Shown piece after piece: positions 59,824 to 64,000 of a DNA stretch of 64,000 bases. This DNA is from an uncultured Methanospirillum sp. GTDB taxonomy: Archaea > Halobacteriota > Methanomicrobia > Methanomicrobiales > Methanospirillaceae. Position numbers and translations under genes: made by a program. Location of the stretch: assembly GCA_964637135.1 (NCBI GenBank), contig CAZWTX010000002.1, forward strand, positions 1-64,000, read 5' to 3'. The notes beneath the pieces are model-generated. The model did not search any database. It was not told the origin of the DNA and worked only from the letters and a program-made list of their open reading frames with translations. The number at the start of each line of letters is the position of its first letter. Positions within the stretch are counted from its first letter, which is position 1.

Positions 59824-61554
59824 TCAACGAATTTTCTCCACCGGATATCCGGAAAGGTTTCGGGAAATGCCTATGATATGAGTTACCTTCCGGTCGTCTC
59901 CGGCAACAAATGAACTTGAGAGTTCAATCCATATCGGGTATCCATCCCGGTGGTACTGGATGACCTCAATCCGGCCATGTCTGGCAGAGTCGTCTCCATC
60001 TTTAAATGCAGCGATCCTGCGCTGAATATCTTCATGAAACACGAGGTACTGATTTTGTTCCAGGATATCCGATACCGGCCGGCCAATAATCTCTTCAGGC
60101 TGATACCCCCGGAGAAAACAACTGGCCGGGCTGACGTATTGGAGGATCTCCGTTTCCGGGTCGATGAGCCAGAACACATCCCTGATGGATTCGGCAAGAA
60201 GCCGATACTGTCGTTCGCTTTGTCGTAATCGCTCCTCGATGAGGAGTTGGCTGGATATATCCCGGGAGACGCCGATCACCTGGCTGGGGGATCCTGCGGA
60301 GTTTTCGATATAGGTAATTCGTGCCTCTGTTGGAACCAGGGAACCGTCAGATCTCAGAAGATCCATCCGGAACCGATGATATAGGGATACCCGCCGGTAC
60401 CTCACATCGTTGAGGTAACCAGAGTAGTTCTCCATGACACGACGATACGAATCTTCAGTCATGACGACCGGCAGCGGACGGGAGAGAAATTCAGCAGGGC
60501 TAAACCCGAGCAGGCGTTCCACCGAGGGACTGATAAATGTGAACCGGAACGAGATGCAATCCATCACCCAGATGACATCCTGGGTATATTCGGCCAGTAA
60601 CCGGTACATCTCCTCGCTTTTCCGAAGTTTTTCCTCGATCTTCTTTCTTTCAGTGATATCCCGGACAACGGTCAACAGGCAGTCCTGATTTCCGATCCGG
60701 GTGACACGGGATGATATACCCACATTGCAGGATTCACCGGATCGTCGGTTAAATTGGATATCAAATGAACAACTCCCGGTTTTTTGCATCGTGGTTTCTT
60801 CGATTAGCAGATTTCGCCAGTTAATAGTGGGAAAAATTCCGATTTTAAAAAAAGTATTCCCAATCAATTCTTCCCATGAATACCCGGTAATAGTACAGAA
60901 AGAAGAATTGACTTCCAGTATTTCCCCGGTCTCAAAATCGGTTATTATGATGCCATCCGGGGAGGCATGGAAGGCAAGGAGGTACTTCTCCTGGATACGA
61001 TTGAATTCTTTTTCGGACTGGATTTTTTCCGAAATATCTATGCAGATAACAGCGATCTGGTTCGGGGCCTGGAGAAGGGAGAATCCGAGGATAGTGACCT
61101 CCATCCATCTCCCATCGGTATCCTGCAAGATCTTGGATTCTCCTTTCTCGTATGAAAACTCTGACACTGCACTAATAATCCGCGGATCGGAGAACAGGGG
61201 AAGAGCTGCCTCGTCGATCCGACGGCCCAGGAGAGCATGGAGTGACGTATTACAACGCCGGGCTGCTGCAGAGTTGATGTATTGAATCGTAAGAGAAGAA
61301 TCAAGGATAAGGATGAGATCGGTGCTGATATCGATAAGCCCTGAAACCGGAAGTGTTCTGACCAGGAGATACTTCTTTGCACATCCTATCTCGATCTTCC
61401 TTACTTTTCCGAGGATCTCAAGAACATCGAGATGACGGGCAACGGTATGCCGGTTAATTCCGGTTCTCCGGGCGATCATAATGATAGAGAGGCATTTCTG
61501 TTCCGCTTCCAGCACTGAAAGGATCTTCTGCTTCTCTTCGTCAATACCGGCCAT
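59824..61554 (-). CDS. N-terminal wHTH + four PAS domains (one-component regulator)
   Basis: IARRTGINRHTVARHLDVLE...GCAKKY, followed by PAS/PAC repeats ending IDIS, RDIT, RDIS and RNLS; no kinase domain. Confidence 0.88.
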   Translation of the reverse strand: MAGIDEEKQKILSVLEAEQKCLSIIMIARRTGINRHTVARHLDVLEILGKVRKIEIGCAKKYLLVRTLPVSGLIDISTDLILILDSSLTIQYINSAAARRCNTSLHALLGRRIDEAALPLFSDPRIISAVSEFSYEKGESKILQDTDGRWMEVTILGFSLLQAPNQIAVICIDISEKIQSEKEFNRIQEKYLLAFHASPDGIIITDFETGEILEVNSSFCTITGYSWEELIGNTFFKIGIFPTINWRNLLIEETTMQKTGSCSFDIQFNRRSGESCNVGISSRVTRIGNQDCLLTVVRDITERKKIEEKLRKSEEMYRLLAEYTQDVIWVMDCISFRFTFISPSVERLLGFSPAEFLSRPLPVVMTEDSYRRVMENYSGYLNDVRYRRVSLYHRFRMDLLRSDGSLVPTEARITYIENSAGSPSQVIGVSRDISSQLLIEERLRQSERQYRLLAESIRDVFWLIDPETEILQYVSPASCFLRGYQPEEIIGRPVSDILEQNQYLVFHEDIQRRIAAFKDGDDSARHGRIEVIQYHRDGYPIWIELSSSFVAGDDRKVTHIIGISRNLSGYPVEKIR

Positions 61555-61747
61555 ATTTCTTCGCTCATAAAAGATCTCCTCCAATAACAATCATTCCATC
61601 ACCGGTATGTTTCCGGCCCATCAATAACGAAAAAAGAGTATTATCCTGCGGTAAGGAACGAATAGAGGAATACCCCGGTTTTAGAACCAGATCTGACGGA
61701 TTAGTACCGTTGACCGTACCTCATGAAATCAACAAATCGGAAGAATT

Positions 61748-62254
61748 CTATTGCCCCATCTCCCTGAGCAATCCGGGAACATCAAGCCAGATGACCAGAT
61801 CGGTCTTTTCAGAATCACGATCCCCGGATTTCTGCCTGATGATGCCTAAAATGAAAGAATCTTCTCCTTCCAGGGTTCTCTTGTCGATCTGGGAGTGACT
61901 GACCGACTGGACCGTGGTGACATCATCCACGAGGATGCCAGTCTTGTTGGTGGTGACCGAAGTATCAATAACGATGATCCGAGACTGTTCGAGGTCAGTA
62001 GAGATCTGCGCGATTCCCATCCGCTCCTTCAGATCGATGATCGTGGTGATCTCTCCCCTGAGATCAATGATCCCCCGGATATACGTGGCACTGCCGGGAA
62101 GTGGCGTTATCCGGGTATATTCAACGATCTCTTTGACATCAAAGAGGTTGATTGCAAATTGTTCCGTTCCAAGGATGAACTCAACCACCTGGATCTCCTC
62201 ACCGGTTGACGAAGATTCCAATGCCGGTTTCTGGAGAGACACTGCCTCTGCCAT
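61748..62254 (-). CDS. cheW: Chemotaxis coupling protein CheW
   Basis: VKEIV, GIIDLRGEITTIIDL and GILVDDV motifs. Confidence 0.95.
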   Translation of the reverse strand: MAEAVSLQKPALESSSTGEEIQVVEFILGTEQFAINLFDVKEIVEYTRITPLPGSATYIRGIIDLRGEITTIIDLKERMGIAQISTDLEQSRIIVIDTSVTTNKTGILVDDVTTVQSVSHSQIDKRTLEGEDSFILGIIRQKSGDRDSEKTDLVIWLDVPGLLREMGQ

Positions 62255-62261
62255 CTGCTCA

Positions 62262-64000
62262 TCACACCCTGAACTTCGCCATTTCTGCCGAGATATTGTC
62301 GATAACTTTCACCACGCCGTTCATGATCCGCCCGATCTCATCAATCGAGGCACTTGCCTCTTCTGTGGCCGCAGCAGCATCCCCTGCTTCGTGCGACGTG
62401 TTCTGCACGAGGCCGGCAACCTCATGGATACTTGCCGTCACCTCTTCTACCGATGCAGCCTGCTCTTCCGAAGCAGAAGCAACCTCGACGGTATCCTGGT
62501 TGATCACTTCTATCGTTGTTGCAATCTGGCCGAACGCGGTCAGGGTCTGTTCAAGAGCCGAACTGCCGGTTTGGACGGCACCGGTTGATTTCCCCATTGC
62601 TTCTGTCGCCTGTTTCGCTTTATTCTGGAGTGTTGCTATCATATCCTCAATGTTTTCTGCCGATGTTCGCGAGTCCTGGGCCAGCGACTTGACTTCCGCA
62701 GCCACAACCGCAAACCCCCGTCCCGCTTCTCCTGCCCGTGCGGCTTCAATGGCAGCATTAAGGGCGAGGAGATTGGTCTGGCTTGCAATATCTGAAATAA
62801 GCCGGAAAATCTTGCCGATCTCACTCATCTGTTCGTTGATCCCGGTTACAATCGCATCAACCTCACTCGTTGAAACCCGGATCTCCCCCATTGCCTTCTC
62901 TGACTGTCTGGCAAGCCCGATGCCATCCTTTGCAAGGGTATTTGCCTCGTTTGAAGCAATTGAAACCGATTCGGCCTTGCGCGAGACCGCTCCCACGGTC
63001 TGGTTCAGATCCTCCATCGCCTTGAGAACCTGGGCAATTCCATCCCCTCCAAGCTCGGCATTCTGGCTCACTTTCCCGGCATTCGCTGCGATCTGATGAG
63101 CTCCGGCGAGAACTTCCTCAACGCTGGCATTTGCTTCTTCAGCACTGGAAGCAAGATCAGCAACACTCTGTGTAATCAGGGAGATCGCTTCTGATACGCG
63201 GACTCCAATATCATTCAGGGCTTCTGCGAACGGGATCCAGTCTCCTTTGACCGGGATGGCAGGATCAAACCGGGTGGTGAAGGTGTAATTCGCATAATCC
63301 TTCGCTATTTTCATGGATTCGGTGATTGGGCCGTTTATCGAATCGAGGGTCTGATTCATCCCTTCAATGACTGTCCGGTAATCTCCCCTGTGAACGGAGG
63401 GATCTGACCGGTATCCCAGTTCTCCGGCAATAGCTGCTTTCGCAATCGCCTGGGAATCATTCACCAGCCGTTGAATCGCTGCCCGGGCAGTATCGACTGC
63501 CTCGGCAATCTTCACGAACTGTTCCCTGGCCGATGTCGAGTGTTCATCGGCATCTAGGATCGTGGTCGCAGACGAGGTATCCCCGGCAGCCAGGGAACTG
63601 ATACTTTTTTCGACCTGGTCAACAGACTTTCCAAGGTAGGAGACCATCGACTGGATCGCTGTCATATCTGAGAAGATCTCAAGAAACCGGGTGATGGTCC
63701 CTTTCTTATCAAGGATGGGAATATAAACATACTCCAGATGCCTGATACCTGCAGGGGTATCTGCAATGACTCGCCCATTAACTGGTTTTTTACTCTTCAG
63801 GGCATCACTTACTGTCTGGCCATGCCGTTCAAGAACCTTCAAATCAGTCAGTTTCATCCGGATTCCTTCTTCGTGCGAATATCCAAGGATGTTGCTGAAA
63901 GCAGGATTTACATCGGTGATCTGAAGATCCGGATTCATCGTAAGGATTGCATGGGGGTTCTCCCTGATGAACGTCTCGATCTCTTCCACATACGCTACCT
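62262..64000 (-). CDS. PAS-domain methyl-accepting chemotaxis protein; 5' end outside window
   Basis: PAS domain, then [30 protein letters not shown]; frame open to the window edge. Confidence 0.94.
   Translation of the reverse strand, partial: VAYVEEIETFIRENPHAILTMNPDLQITDVNPAFSNILGYSHEEGIRMKLTDLKVLERHGQTVSDALKSKKPVNGRVIADTPAGIRHLEYVYIPILDKKGTITRFLEIFSDMTAIQSMVSYLGKSVDQVEKSISSLAAGDTSSATTILDADEHSTSAREQFVKIAEAVDTARAAIQRLVNDSQAIAKAAIAGELGYRSDPSVHRGDYRTVIEGMNQTLDSINGPITESMKIAKDYANYTFTTRFDPAIPVKGDWIPFAEALNDIGVRVSEAISLITQSVADLASSAEEANASVEEVLAGAHQIAANAGKVSQNAELGGDGIAQVLKAMEDLNQTVGAVSRKAESVSIASNEANTLAKDGIGLARQSEKAMGEIRVSTSEVDAIVTGINEQMSEIGKIFRLISDIASQTNLLALNAAIEAARAGEAGRGFAVVAAEVKSLAQDSRTSAENIEDMIATLQNKAKQATEAMGKSTGAVQTGSSALEQTLTAFGQIATTIEVINQDTVEVASASEEQAASVEEVTASIHEVAGLVQNTSHEAGDAAAATEEASASIDEIGRIMNGVVKVIDNISAEMAKFRV

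Noticed and set aside
1..64000. CRISPR arrays, tRNA and rRNA genes
   Set aside because: No regularly spaced repeats, cloverleaf or rRNA signatures seen by eye; tRNAscan/cmscan not run.

Overview
Archaeal chromosomal segment from a methanogen, most likely Methanomicrobiales (inferred from the DUF39-CBS/NIL-ferredoxin/UPF0280 sulfur genes, cimA, TATA-type promoters, oligo-T terminators and HTH-PAS proteins). The left 40 kb holds dnaK-grpE, a wing-domain Arg/Lys/Orn decarboxylase, LysE, a DPSL ferritin, putP, a homocysteine-synthesis operon, secreted Cache and clostripain proteins, a histidine kinase, branched-chain amino acid genes (ilvC, cimA-ilvB-ilvN, ilvD), an HxlR/nitroreductase/Isf redox cluster and an MCP. 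The 40-59 kb stretch is an island where five paralogous class I SAM methyltransferases alternate with four BtuF/FhuD-type binding proteins (two with N-terminal dockerin-like domains), three FecCD permeases, two ATPases and an IrtAB/YbtPQ-like ABC pair. The right end holds an HTH-PAS protein, cheW and a partial PAS-MCP. The main candidates are (1) a probably leaderless uORF overlapping the cimA start, whose TTT-ATT (Phe-Ile) site could +1 frameshift into cimA and act as an isoleucine sensor, (2) the methyltransferase plus metal-chelate uptake island, and (3) a surface protein whose VPEP-TM-RRR tail is frameshifted. I saw no tRNA, rRNA, CRISPR array or transposase. All calls come from reading motifs by eye; no searches were run.
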